Below, one piece after another: positions 12,461 to 24,856 of a stretch of 51,945 nucleotides of DNA. The translations under genes and the position numbers were made by a program. Source of the stretch: Azolla caroliniana (Eukaryota; Plantae; Polypodiophyta); NCBI GenBank assembly GCA_043228905.1, contig JBHGNT010000214.1:1-51945 (forward strand), given 5' to 3'. The number at the start of each line of letters is the position of its first letter. The stretch's first letter is position 1. Below the pieces are notes generated by a model. It saw nothing but the letters and a program-made list of their open reading frames with translations. It was not told the origin of the DNA and made no database searches.

Positions 12461-13093
12461 AGCCACTTGTAAAGGTTTTGGCCGACCAAAACCGGACCGA
12501 CGATGGAGCCGATGGAACCGACATCCAACGGTAGCCACTGGTCACCGGCAACATCCGGCACTGGTGAGGCGACGGCAACCGGTAATCGGCGGTATCTGAC
12601 GACTAAATAAATAAATATATAAATATATATACATATATATATATACAAGGAGGACAAGTAAGGATTCGAACCTTGCACCTCCAAGTGAGGAGTCAATTGG
12701 CTTACCACTAGGCCAAGATATTTAGTAGAAAGTATATTTCTATCATCGTACTTTTACATGGAAATTCTCATACATGAGAGCCACTCGTAAAGGTTTTGGC
12801 CGACCAAAACCGGACCGGCGATGGAGCTGGTGGAACCGACATCCGGCGGCAGCCACTGGTCACCGGCAACATCCGGCACTGGTGAGGCGACGGCAACCGG
12901 TAACCGGCGGTATCCGACGACTAGATAAATAAATATATAAATATATATACATATATATATACAAGGAGGAGAAGTAAGGATTCGAACCTTGCACCTCCAA
13001 GTGAGGAGGCAATTGGCTTACCACTAAGCCAAGATATTTAGTTGAAATTATATTTCTATCATTGTACTTTTACATGGAAATTCTCATACATGA
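12461..13093 (+). repeat. 316-bp tandem duplication inside the solo LTR
   Basis: GCCACTyGTAAAGGTTTTGGCCGACC...ATTCTCATACATGA occurs twice; marker GGATTCGAACC at 12662 and 12978. Confidence 0.92.
12662..12715 (-). promoter_or_regulatory. tRNA-like Pol III type-2 internal promoter cassette (second copy 12978-13031)
   Basis: Minus strand: A-box TGGCCTAGTGG, B-box GGTTCGAATCC, starts 43 nt apart. D-like, anticodon-like and T-like hairpins are present but there is no acceptor stem. Confidence 0.7.
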
Positions 13094-16041
13094 AAGCTAA
13101 AATGAGTGACATGGTTAACATGCACCACATGTAATACATGAGCGCCAAATGGCAAACATGCATTTTATGCATGTCTTGTACCCTCACATGCATCATATGC
13201 ATGAGAGCATCTATAAAAGAAGGGATGAAAAAGAAGAAGGGTTAGGTTTCTTTTGGGTTATGAAATTAAGAAGAAGAGAATTCGTTATCGAATTGATCAT
13301 GTAACTTGTTTCTTAAAATCTAAAATCAAGAGTTCAATCTTAATCTCTCTCAATCTAAAGTCAAGCGCTCTATTCTATCTCAAGCTCTCTCTCTCTCTTT
13401 CAATCTAGCTTAAGTACTTTCTCGCTAAAGCTTGCGCCAACTTCAAGTCCTTCCGCTCCAGAACCCTGGCGGTTCCGCCTCACGATCCGCGCATAGTGAC
13501 AGATCTTCACGACAACGCACAGTGGTCATCTTCGTGACCAACGCGAAGGTCTCGTCGTAATCCACATCGTGCTTCTGCGTGTAGCCTTTTACCACTAATC
13601 GGGACTTTTAACGGTTGATAGAGTCGTTGGTGTTGTACTTGACCTTATACACCCATCTGCATCCGATCAGCTTCACACCCTTCGGTGCGTCAACCAGGTC
13701 CGAAGTCTCGTTGTCCAATAACGCGTACATCTCTTCTTCCATCGCGGCACGCCAGTTTGCGTCTTTCACCGCTTTTGCGTAGCTCTCCGGCTCACGCACT
13801 TCCGCCACTCGCGTCATGTACACATAATGGTGCGCCATGTACTCATTATACCCGTATCTCTTTACGGGGTTCTTTAGGCAGGTAGATCGGTGTAATTCGT
13901 GATTAGCTGATTTTGCGGCCCTCTCAACCGACTTCGACCTCTTCCGTAGGGGTTCCTTTTCAATTGGTTGAACTCGTACTCCAACATCTTCTTCTTCCCC
14001 TTCTCTCTGCGCGTAAATCGTCTCCTCGATTCTTTATGTGGGGACAAGACGGTCGAGTCTCCACTACTCGTTGACTCTTCACACAGTTGACCATCTCAGC
14101 TAAACCCCTCACTCGGCCCACTTAGTTGAAATGAGATCTGACTCTCTCGTAGAGCTTCGATTTCCTCATCGCGCGAAGGCATCTCATCCTCGCTGACCTC
14201 TTTTTCTGAATTCGGAGTGGAGACATTGCGTACTAGGGGCGAAGACAAGTACCACGAAGTGGACTCGTCGAACACAACATCTCGACTTACGCGAGCTTGT
14301 TTGGTTCAGGGGTTAGAGCACTCATAACCCTTCTGTTCATCTAAGTAGCCAACCAAGATACACTTCTCGGCTTTGGCGTCCAACTTCCTCCGTTTCTCCT
14401 TCGGCACATGCACATACGCGATGCTACCGAAAACTCTCAACTGTGCCAAGTTCGGGTTCTTGCCGAAGTACAGCTGGTGTGGCGACACTCCATTGACAGA
14501 AGTCCGATTCTACAAGTAAACAACCATCCTTACGGCTTCAACCCAATAGAACTTCGACAGATGCTTCTCTTCAAGCATCACCCTTTCCGCCTCTTTATTG
14601 TCTGATTCTTCCACTTGGCCATGCCGTTCTGCTACAGCGTGTATCTACACGAGAATTCGCGTTGAATTCCCTCCTTCTGTAGATAACTCGCGAATTGGTT
14701 GGAGAAGTACTCCTTCTCGCCATCGAACCGTAGGCACTTGATCTTACGCCTAGTTTCCCTTTCCGCAAGGCTCTTTACCTTCAGGAAACACGTGAAGACT
14801 TCACTCTTTTTCGCGATCAAGCATGCCCAAGTGTGCCGAGAGAAGTCATCGATGAAAGTCACGAAATATCAACTTCCACTGAGACTCACGTTCTATGTTG
14901 TTCCCCATACATCCGAATGGATCACAACGAGCGTATTTCGACTCAGGTTACACTCATTGGGGAATGGAAGTCGGTGATGCTTTCCCAACTGGCAGGCTTC
15001 ACAGACTTGGCCCTTTCGGCCACTAAATTTCGGCAAGCCGAAAACGATGTTTTTCATCCGCATTTTTCAAAGCTTCGGGAAATTGACTTGGCCAAACCAC
15101 TTGTGCCACAAGTCGATATCTGATTCGACCTTTTGTCCTTTTGCGAACATAGCGGTGCCTACGTCGTAGGTCTCGGGGATAAACATCCTCCCTTCACGGC
15201 GTCCTTGTACGATTATCTTGCCTTCCTCTTCTATGAAGCACCCGAGATGCGTGAATCGAACTTGCATCCCCTGGTCAACGATCTGGCCGACCAACACCAG
15301 GTTCTTGGTTATTGTTGGGATGTGTAGCACGTTCATGAGCTTCCCTTTCTGTCCAACGTAACTGAGGGGAACTTCACTGACATGTTCGATGGTATGCAGA
15401 GTGTCGTCTCCTGTTTCGACCATTCCTTGCTTTTCCGGTTTCTCCAAGTACGTGAACCATTCCTTGTGACTTGTCATATGATTTGATGCTCCAAAGTCAA
15501 CATACCACACCTCATTTGCCCTCGAGGTGTTCACGACCATTGAATTAGCCTTGTGCTTCATTACGAAGGCTGGGCCCAATCCATTTCCAACTCGTTTGGA
15601 ACCTTCCACGCCTCTTTGCGTCTCTTCGGCTCGATCCAGCTTTGTCGGAATCAGCTCGTTTCTTCCAACACTCGTTCTCCCTGTGGCCTTTCTTGCCACA
15701 GTACCATCAATATGCCGTGGCCTTCTCCTGCTGGTTTCGGCGCCGCCATGACTCCCCCTGCTTCCGGAGGGTTCGGAACTACTTCCGGCATTTTGATTAT
15801 GGCACACGTTTTGCTCTTTTCGGCCGCCTCCATTGCTCACCGATCCGCCACGTCCGCCACGACCACGTGTGCGTACTCGTCGATGCACCCACGTGATTTT
15901 CCTCTTTGAACAACATCGATTGAACCTCAAAGAATGATGGCGTATTCTCCCTTGTGCAGACTGTCGTTCGGAAAGCTCCGAACTTGGACGCTAGCCCTCC
16001 AAGGCACACATGCACTATTTCATCTTCCTTGATGTTCACGT

Positions 16042-16814
16042 TGTCATGCCTTTCGGCGCCAGATTGTTGTGTGAGTCGGGTGGGAACCGTTGGGGTTTTG
16101 GACTAGGAGGAGGAAGAATTTGAGGCAACCTAGTTATGAGTAGATTATAAGAAAGAGAGATAGAAATTCGTGAATGCCACGAATATAGTTTTTTAGTTTT
16201 ATTAATATTTAAGCCTAATTATACTTTGGAATAGATTGGAATCGATAGGAATAGATTGGAAAAGAGAAATCGAAAACCTCGTGATTCCCACGAGTATTAT
16301 ATTAATCAATATTTAGACCCTAATAATCACCCCATAATTTATTTATTTATTTTTTCTCCCTTTATTACATTGTGCTCCCATCCTTATATAGTGATGAGAG
16401 AGTCTTAACAATCCATGCTTTTTCTCTAACTATAGACTATATGATTTCTCTAACATGCTTCTTCTAAAAGTGAACATGCTTTTTCTAACCTCATGGGTTT
16501 TTATCGACTATAGTGTTCATGCACGCTAAATGTGCATGTGTAGCTTTTTTCTATCATGCGTTTTTCTTCTAACTAAAGCTTTTTCTTAGAAAATATGCAT
16601 GAAAAAACCATTCTATCTGGGATATCTACTTTTTTTATCATTCAAGATGTGTTAGTGTAGTGGTAAAGCTACAAATTATTAACATGGAGGTACAAGGTTC
16701 AAATCTTGCCCTATGCATGTAATATATATTTTGATATTTCTTTCTTTTTCTTCATATTTATTCAATCGGTTATTTTATACGTTTTTCACGTACTATACGA
16801 AATACACTACGACA
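16042..16814 (-). mobile_element. Solo LTR inserted in Copia-B gag
   Basis: TGTC...GACA termini and a perfect 4-bp TSD ACGT (16038-16041 / 16815-16818). Removing it restores collinearity with Copia-C gag. The minus-strand start TGTCGTAG resembles the Gypsy-3 LTR start TGTCGTGA. Confidence 0.88.
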
Positions 16815-16957
16815 ACGTTGACGGAGGCGAGAGAATCACATATTTCCTTGATTTGGGCCGTGTAATCGGCCACGGACAGATCTTTCTGTCAGACATTGCT
16901 GAGCTCCTGTCTAATCTGCAACTTTCTGGCCATTGTGGTTGCGGTGAAAATATTCTT

Positions 16958-17883
16958 GAGATTCGCCCACGCGTCCTTTGGCGTCGTGGCATCCCGAATA
17001 TAGCTCAAGAGTTGGTCGCTCACACAGGACGGAAGGCAATATAGAACTTTGCTTGCTGCCTGTTCCCAGGTCGGGAAGTCTCTGTGTGTCGATTTGGGTG
17101 TTGTGTCGTTAGCTCCATCAACATAACTCCAGTTGTCGTGCCCAAGTAGGTACTGGTGCATCTTGTACGACAAAGATGCATAGTTAGGAAGCGACTTAGC
17201 CATCACTCTATCCATTCTTATTTCTCTTCAGTTCTTCATGGTGATGTTTGTCTGTTTGTTGGCCGTAGAGGATTTCAACCCTCCCGCTCTGATACCATGA
17301 AAGAGAATAGCGTGTGTGGAAGCGTAACAGACACAACTGTGTAACACAAATGACGAAGATAAGGTTTAATGGAAAGCTTTGAACACGACACAATGTATGT
17401 AGGAGAGACAAAGAACGAGAGATTCGCCCACGCGTCCTTTGGCGTCGTGGCATCCCGAATATAGCTCAAGAGTTGGTCGCTCACACAGGACGGAAGGCAA
17501 TATAGAACTTTGCTTGCTGCCTGTTCCCAGGTCGGGAAGTCTCTGTGTGTCGATTTGGGTGTTGTGTCGTTAGCTCCATCAACATAACTCCAGTTGTCGT
17601 GCCCAAGTAGGTACTGGTGCATCTTGTACGACAAAGATGCATAGTTAGGAAGCGACTTAGCCATCACTCTATCCATTCTTATTTCTCTTCAGTTCTTCAT
17701 GGTGATGTTTGTCTGTTTGTTGGCCGTAGAGGATTTCAACCCTCCCGCTCTGATACCATGAAAGAGAATAGCGTGTGTGGAAGCGTAACAGACACAACTG
17801 TGTAACACAAATGACGAAGATAAGGTTTAATGGAAAGCTTTGAACACGACACAATGTATGTAGGAGAGACAAAGAACGAGAGA
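16958..17883. repeat. 461-bp direct tandem duplication spanning Copia-B U5, PBS and gag start
   Basis: 16958-17418 equals 17419-17879 with GAGA microhomology at the junction. Two PBS copies (17286-17297, 17747-17758); duplicated peptides appear in the ORF track. Confidence 0.93.
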
Positions 17884-18482
17884 GTGAGTGAGTAGAACAC
17901 ACAAAACTTAGATTAAAAAATAACTCTCAGTCGCTCTGTACAAGATGCGCTCAATCGGCGCTTTTTATACAAGTCCTTATGGATAGACAAAAGTACTGTC
18001 AAAGTACTGACACATACTTCAATGCTCATCAATGACCCTCCTACACTAACTCCCAAAATTATTCCTTATGAGGAATAACGCTCTAAAGGCCTCTCGGCTT
18101 ACGCACCGTTACGACCTTTGTGTGTACGGTTTTACACACCCAATGTTGAGCTTGTATCTCAACAATAACCTAACGTTGTAAGGAGAGAGTTTCTTGATCA
18201 TTCTTATATTATGAGTCTCTGAGTGAGAGAGAGAACAGAAATAACAAAGCTTCCATTAAATCTTAAGAACATGTTCGTCTTCTTTCTCTCATTCTTTTTG
18301 TGTTGTTTATTGAGCACTTCTAGACAAGTCATCATACATATTCAAACACCATATGCCACAGTTGGTATCAGAGCGACTTGTTGTTCAACGACGACAAATA
18401 GTAGAAAAGATAGAGAAACGAAGAGAAGATATCTGGCTAAAAGAAAAGACCAGGTTAGTAAAATCTTATTTTCAGAAAGAAC

Positions 18483-19837
18483 ATGGCTTCAACATTTGGC
18501 ACAAGAGTTGAAATCCAAAAGTTCGATGGAAAGAACTTTGCCCTATGGAAAGAGATGATGCAGGATGTGTTGATCATCAGAAGATAGGTCGAAGTCATTC
18601 GACACAGTGAAAAACTTGTTTCGATGACAGCCAAAATTGCGCGCTCCACCATCCGAATGCATCTGGCCGAAAACTTCTATTTCAGCATGGGAAAAAAGAC
18701 GATAACGTTCTCAGTATGGGAGAAGTTACAGGTTGTGTATGAAAAGAAATCCTCCTCATCAAAGCTAATGCTGATTCGACAACTATTCAACATGAAGATG
18801 AGAGAGACGGATCCAACGACCTCCCACATCAACACCTTCAGTCGGGTATTGTCTGAACTCTCCTCACAAGGGATCAACTTTAAAGAAGAAGTGAAAGCCC
18901 TTGCCATCCTATCGAGCTTGTAGTGAAATGGGAGGTATTCTGCACGACTTTTTCCAATAGCCGACCAAATCTAAATCTAGAGGAAACAGTCAGCTAAGTT
19001 CTCACAGAGAACATTCGGCGAAAATCGATGGAACTCACCATCAACAAGTCAGCAAAATCTCACCACTCAACCGAGTCGATCGACCAATTCAGTCAATTGA
19101 GAGAACAAGCCGATAGAACCGGTTGGAATACCAATCAGTCAAAAACGAGGGGAGACCGACATCGGTCGAAGTCGAGAAATAGCCGACTAGGAGACTTCTG
19201 CACCCATTGCAGAAAAGCCGGTCACAATGTTTCCAACTGTTGGTCGAACAAGATAAAAGAGAGTGGCCAACGCTCTGATCGGAATTGAGGATGATCCGAC
19301 ATGAACCACTCTCCAGTCGGCAACCAAGTCAATGTTGCCGACACCCGATCAAGAGAAATCCTCTCCTTAGAGGACTCGATGATCGGAGAAATCCTCTACA
19401 ATGTACAAGATGCACATGTCACGTAACCCCGAACATCAAATGGTTTTCGAACTATTTGGTCGATGCCAACGGCACAATCCGACTAGGCAACGGGCAGGAA
19501 TGAAAAATCACTGGAGTAGCCGAAGTAGCAATTCAATTGTCAAATGATAACAAAATTGTCCTACACCAAGTTTGGCACGTACCCCCATTGAAAAGGAGTC
19601 TGGTCTCCATCGGCATGTTAACCGAAGACGGGTACAGAACAACTCTGAGTTAGTCGGCATGGATGATCAGCCGTGGAAACCTGAAAATTGGAAGCGGGCA
19701 CAAGCACAACAACTTGTACCCAATGATAGCGATCAATCTGGAAGGGGCCGTGAATGTGGCCAAGAAGACCAACCCAAACCTATGGCATGGCCGACTCGAT
19801 CGTATGTCTCAAGCCAGCCTAGATCGGTTGATACCGG
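18483..19837 (+). pseudogene. Copia-A gag, protease and GAG-pre-integrase
   Basis: MASTFGTRVEIQKFDGKNFALWK..., zinc knuckle CTHCRKAGHNVSNC, LWHGRL; multiple stops and frameshifts. Confidence 0.85.
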
Positions 19838-19940
19838 TGTCGTGAAGTACGAAAGCTTCACATTAAAAGTCTACAAAAAGATAAATACGTAACTAAAATA
19901 AAATATATCTTGATAATGTTTTATAAAGGTAATATTAAAA

Positions 19941-20091
19941 GGAAATTGGTAAATTCATAGTTTTTTCCGTATTTTCATAGTTTTTTTGGGGGGATGGAAT
20001 TTGGCTATCATTTGTAGTGCAAATAATCATATTTCTGAACTTAAAAAAAAACTGTGAAAATACGGAAAAAACTTTGAATTTATCAATTTCC
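19941..20091. mobile_element. 151-bp Mutator-like MITE
   Basis: ~47-bp TIRs GGAAATTGGTAAATTCATAGTTTTTTCCGTATTTTCA / TGAAAATACGGAAAAAACTTTGAATTTATCAATTTCC; 8-bp TSD TATTAAAA (19933-19940 / 20092-20099). Absent from the sister 3' LTR at ~39870. Confidence 0.88.
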
Positions 20092-20909
20092 TATTAAAAA
20101 CTAACTATGATAATATTATACATTATATGTAGAAGCAAATAAAACATATATATATTATATTACACAAACAAGAAAAGACTTGAACCAATAACCCCCACCT
20201 TATGACTTTAAAACCTTACCATTTACCCTATAATTGTAGTATGTTTAAAACTGTATGTCTTCTTTTATTTGAAGTTGTAAAAAGTAGCGTGCGGAAGCAA
20301 GTATGAAGACCGAACAGAAGGAAGAAAACTCAGGTTTAATGGAGAGCTTGAGCTTACGCAGTATATGCGGGAGAGACAGAGACAGAGAGAGTGAGAGAGA
20401 GAAAACACAAGAATTATTTCAAAAAGGTACTCAATCTCTATTCACTACTCTATACATATGTGTGTTCAATGAACACTTTTATACAAGTCCTAAAAGGACT
20501 GACAGAAGTACTGACAGTACTTCAATGCTCATTAAGAGCTCCTACACTAACTCCCAAATATATTCCTCACGGAATATCTTTCCTAACGGCCTCCCGGTTT
20601 ACGCATTCGGCCTAACCGATCGGTCCCAACCGATCTGGTCCTCGGCTTCTTTAGCCGATCTGGCCGATGTTGAGCTTGTCTCTCAACACTCCCCCTCAAG
20701 CTCAACTTGAGGCTCTTCGGGATCTTTGGGCTCACAGCTCTGGTTCCTCCTGGCTTCACGCCTCGCTCGCGCTCCTCGACCTGTTCGACTCCGCGCGCTT
20801 CAACCCTTTCGGTCGGCTTGTTTGCTCATGTGGCCCTTATCAGGTCTTCTACTGTTGCGGTGTTGACGCTTCTCCTGCTGCCTTTTCTTCCACTTGGGCC
20901 TCGGTTGAT

Positions 20910-23900
20910 TCAGCATATCTGAATCAACATCCGAACCGACTTGGCTACCTCCGATCGGTTTTCGCTCTCGTCCGAGTTGGTTGTCTCCAACTTGTCTTCG
21001 GTCTTCTCGCCCTCGATGGCATCATCTTCCCCATGCGTGGTTGGCTTCGGCTCTCTCCTTCGGCTGCTCCCCTTTTGTTCGCTTCCAGACTTTTCAACGG
21101 GTCCGCCCTCGGCTTCTTCAGCCGATGCTGCCTCGCTTGGTCGTTCGGGACTGTTTCTCCCCCTCAAGTTCGGCACGTCAAGGTGACGCAATCCGAGCGT
21201 ACCTGAGAATTGCCGCAGTCTGCCGATCCGTCGAAACGTACTGAAGTTCGACTTCACCGGAAAGAACACGCTCACGGACGAAATGGTAGTGCACCTCAAT
21301 GTGCTTGGTCTGTGCGTGGAAAACGGGGTTTTTCGCGAGCTGGATGCTGCTGAGGTTGTCGCAGTAGATCATCGTCGGATCTGACACCTCCTCTTGCAGG
21401 TCCTTAAGTAGCCGCTTCAACCATATGGCTTCGCATGTTGCGACAGCCGCTCCTCGGTACTCAGCTTCGGTGCTCGACAGTGCAACTATCGGCTGCTTCT
21501 TACTGCTCCACGCGATCACGACACTCCCGAGGGAGAACGCGTATCCGGACATGGATCGGCGATCGGCGGTGTTGCCAACCCAATCAGCATCGGTGTGGCC
21601 GACTAACTGCGCGGCTGCACCGGTCCGATATAGCAGTCCCCAGTCCTTAGTGCCGTTGACATACCGAAGTATGCTTTCCGCACACTGAAGGTGCTCCTCG
21701 GTAGGTCACGCCATGAACTGACTGATCACTCCGACCGGATAACTGAGGTCGGGTCGGGTGATGGTCAGGTATATGAGGCTTCCGACAATTTGTCGGAACC
21801 TCGTCAGGTCGCATACCTTTCCCGTATCTGGACGAAGCTTGACAATTTTGTCCAGAGGAGTTGAGACGGACTTACAGTCAGCTATCCTGAATTTGAAGAG
21901 CATACTCAGCACGTAATGATGTTGGCTGATCAATATGCCTTCGGGGGTACGGATCACTTCGATCCCGAGGAAGTAATGAAGGTCCCCCAGATCCTTCATG
22001 TCGAATGATGTCGCAAGCTGGAGCTTCACGCGGTCGATTTCACCTAGGTCAGCGCCGGTGATGACCAAGTCATCAACATATAGTAAAATACTAACCGGTC
22101 CGAGTCGACCTTTCCGGATGAACAAGGAAGAGTCCGATTTTGACGTGACGAAGCCCATCCGACACAGTTGCTGCGTGATCTTCGTGTTCCAGGCACGCGG
22201 GGCTTGCTTCAGTCCGTAAAGGGACTTCTTCAGTCAACATACTGTCGAGGAGTTCGTTCCAGAGTGAAATCCGGGGGGTTGTACCATGTACACCTGTTCC
22301 TCAAGGTCACCTTGCAGGAACGCATTCTTTACATCCATCTGATGTAAGTGCCACCCCTTCACCGCAGCTACTGCGAGCAAAACACGGACGATCGTCATTT
22401 TCGCGACCGGCGCAAACGTCTCATCGTAGTCGATGTCGTGTTTTTGCGCGTAACCTTTTGCCACTAACCAGACCTTGTATCGGTTGACCGAGTCGTCGGT
22501 GTTGTACTTGACCTTGTACACCCACCTACATCCGATCGGCTTCACACCCTTCGGTGCGTCAACTAGATCCCAGATCTCGTTTTCCGCCAATGCGTGCATC
22601 TCTTCCTCCATCGCGGCACGCCAATTCGCGTCTTTCGCCGCTTCTGCGTAGCTCTCCGGCTCACGCACTTCCGCTATACGGGTCATGTACGCATAGTGAT
22701 GCGCCATGTACTCGTTGTATCCGAACCGCAAAACAGGATTCTTCTGGTGGGTAGATCGGCGTAATCTCACATTAGCCGATGTCGAGGCCTTCTCGGTCGA
22801 CACGGACTTCACCTTTAAAGACCCATCACCGGTTCCCTCGGAGTCGGACTCGCGTCGGTCTGACTCGTTCCTATCCGTGTCGGAATCCGACACCTTCTTC
22901 TTCCCTTTCTCTTTGCGCGTAAGCTGTCTCCTCGGCTTCCTGCGCGGGGAATGCACGGCCGAGTCTCCACTACTCGCCGACTCTTCATCGGATTGATCGT
23001 ACCGACTCAGTCGTCCAATCGGTCCAGTTAAACGGAGTGAAATCGGACTCTCTTCGCGGGTCTCGATTTCGGGATCATCCGGAGGCATCTCAGCCTCGCT
23101 GACCTCATCGTCAGAACTCAGATTGGAGTCGGGGGCTGGTACCAGGACGCGGACTCGTCAACCACAACGTCGCAGCTAACACGCGCTTGTTTGGTGCGAG
23201 GGTTATAACACTTATAACCCTTCTGCTCGTCCGAGTAACCGACCAAGATGCATTTCTCGGCCTTTGCGTCCAACTTCCTCCTTTTCTCCTTCGGTACATG
23301 CACATACGCAATGCTACCGAACACCCTCAAGTGTCGCAAGTTCGGCTTCGTTCCGAAATATAGCTCGTGCACCGCCACTTTGTCTCTGATTCGGTTCTGG
23401 ATGTATACCGCGGTCCTTACCGCCTCGGCCCAGTAGAACTTGGGCAAGCTCTTCTCCTCCAGCATTGCCCGTGCCGCTTCCACAACTGACCGATTCTTCC
23501 TCTCGGCCACACCGTTCTGCTCCGGCGTGTATCTACAACTGAATTCGCGCCGAATTCCCATTTGTTGTAGATAACCGTTGAATTGACCGGAAAAGTACTC
23601 TTTCCCGCCATCCGACCGCAGGCACTTGATCTTTCGTCCCGTTTCCGTTTCCACGAACCCTTTGAGGTCCCGGAAACAGTCGAAGACTTCGCTCTTCCTC
23701 TCAATGAGGTAGATCCACGTGTCCCGCGTGTGGTCGTCGATGAAGGAGACGAAATATCGGCTCCCGCCAAGACTAACGTTTTGTGCTGGCCCCCATACAT
23801 CGGAGTGTATAAGGTCGAGCTTGTTCCGGCTCCGGTTCCGCTCGTTGGGGAAAGGAAGTCGGTGTTGCTTCTCGAGCTGGCAGGCTTCACAAATTTGTGC

Positions 23901-24393
23901 CTTTCGGCCACTAAATTTGGGCAATCCGAACACTACCTGTTTCGATTGAAGATCTTGAAGCCGCTGGTAGTTGACGTGGCCTATCTGCTTGTGCCACAAG
24001 TCGATGTTCGACTCGGATTTTTGTCCCTTCGTGAACATTGCGGTGCCGCCGTCAGTGGAGTCGAGGATGAACATCCTCCCGTCTCTGCGCCCTTGCGCAA
24101 TCACACGACCTTCTTCCTCAATGAAGCACCCGAGGGGTGTAAACCGAACCTCCATCCCTTGGTCGACGATCTGTCCGACCGAGACCAAGTTTTTCATGAT
24201 TGTCGGAACATGCAACACGTTCATGAGTTTCCCTTTTTGCCCGACATGGCTAAGGGGAACTTCTTCGACATTTGCGATCAAATGCGGAGTGTCGTCTCCA
24301 GTTGCGACTACTCCAGGTTGAATCGGGTTTTCAAGGTACGAGAACCACTCCTTATGGCTCGTCATGTGGTTTGACGCGCCGGAGTCTACGTAC
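20910..24393 (-). pseudogene. Copia-C pol (PR, INT, RT, RNase H), disrupted into several ORFs
   Basis: DSGASNHM at the Gypsy-2 junction, [49 protein letters not shown]. Confidence 0.93.
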
Positions 24394-24856
24394 TGTCAAG
24401 ACTGAGAGAGAGAAAGAGAGAGAAAAAGAGATAGAGAGATAATTGAAAGAGAATTATTATATTGAAGCGTAAAATGGATTACAAAGAGTAGGCTACAAAA
24501 TGGCGTTGAACCAATTTAGGTTTGGGATGGGTGGTAGATCCCTATTTATAAGTAATAGAGAACTCTCTAGAATATTCTAGGTTATCCTAGAATGTAGAGT
24601 AATCTAGAAGATCTCTAGAGTATTCTAGAAGGTTCTAGTGGTATAGAACACTCTAGAATATTCTAGGTCATTCTAGAATGTAGAGTAATATAGAATATTC
24701 CTATGATATTAGATTTCATATTCTAGAGACTATACATATAAGAATATTAATACAATGGTTAAGGATTTGACATGTGTACAACAAGGTCGTGGGTTCAAAT
24801 CCTTTCGAGTCATAATGTGAGTGTCATGATCCTTTCGATGCATGATGTGACTGTTA

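Larger units (their letters stand above)
12281..13501 (+). mobile_element. Solo LTR inserted in Copia-B RT (left end 12270-12281 uncertain)
   Basis: TGTCA...TGACA termini interrupting RT codons; TATA CTATAAAAG at 13211. The TSD is imperfect (AATC at 12266-12269 vs GATC at 13502-13505), with an adjacent host deletion relative to Copia-C. Confidence 0.75.
10822..17215 (-). pseudogene. Copia-B gag-pol, broken by stops, frameshifts and insertions
   Basis: Fragments: gag (NYASLSYKMHQYLLGH), PR (WYVDFGASNHM), INT (FIDDFSR, FDGEKEY), RT ([14 protein letters not shown]), RH (YTDADWAG, RTKHIEV). Confidence 0.9.
3126..18164 (-). mobile_element. Copia-B: degenerate Ty1/Copia element
   Basis: 5' LTR 17759-18164; 3' LTR 3126-3367 plus 10492-10686 (split by Gypsy-1). 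PBS revcomp GCTCTGATACCA 17747-17758; PPT revcomp CTCCCCCTCAAG at 10687. TSD ATAAT (3121-3125) / ATAAC (18165-18169). Fragmented gag, PR, INT, RT and RH ORFs. Confidence 0.9.

Noticed and set aside
12655-12722. Functional tRNA gene
   Set aside because: Boxes and arms are present, but there is no acceptor stem or canonical 7-nt anticodon loop; reported as a tRNA-like cassette instead.
3363-20275. Same target sequence GAAGT for Gypsy-1 and Copia-C
   Set aside because: Two events with unrelated integrases; a 5-mer coincidence cannot be excluded.
20303-20710. 135-aa ORF present twice (also 30212-30619)
   Set aside because: It lies within the Copia-C LTRs, antisense to the element. The duplication is explained by the LTRs and there is no recognisable motif.
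23583-24374. 263-aa plus-strand ORF
   Set aside because: It is an antisense shadow of the GC-rich Copia-C integrase frame.
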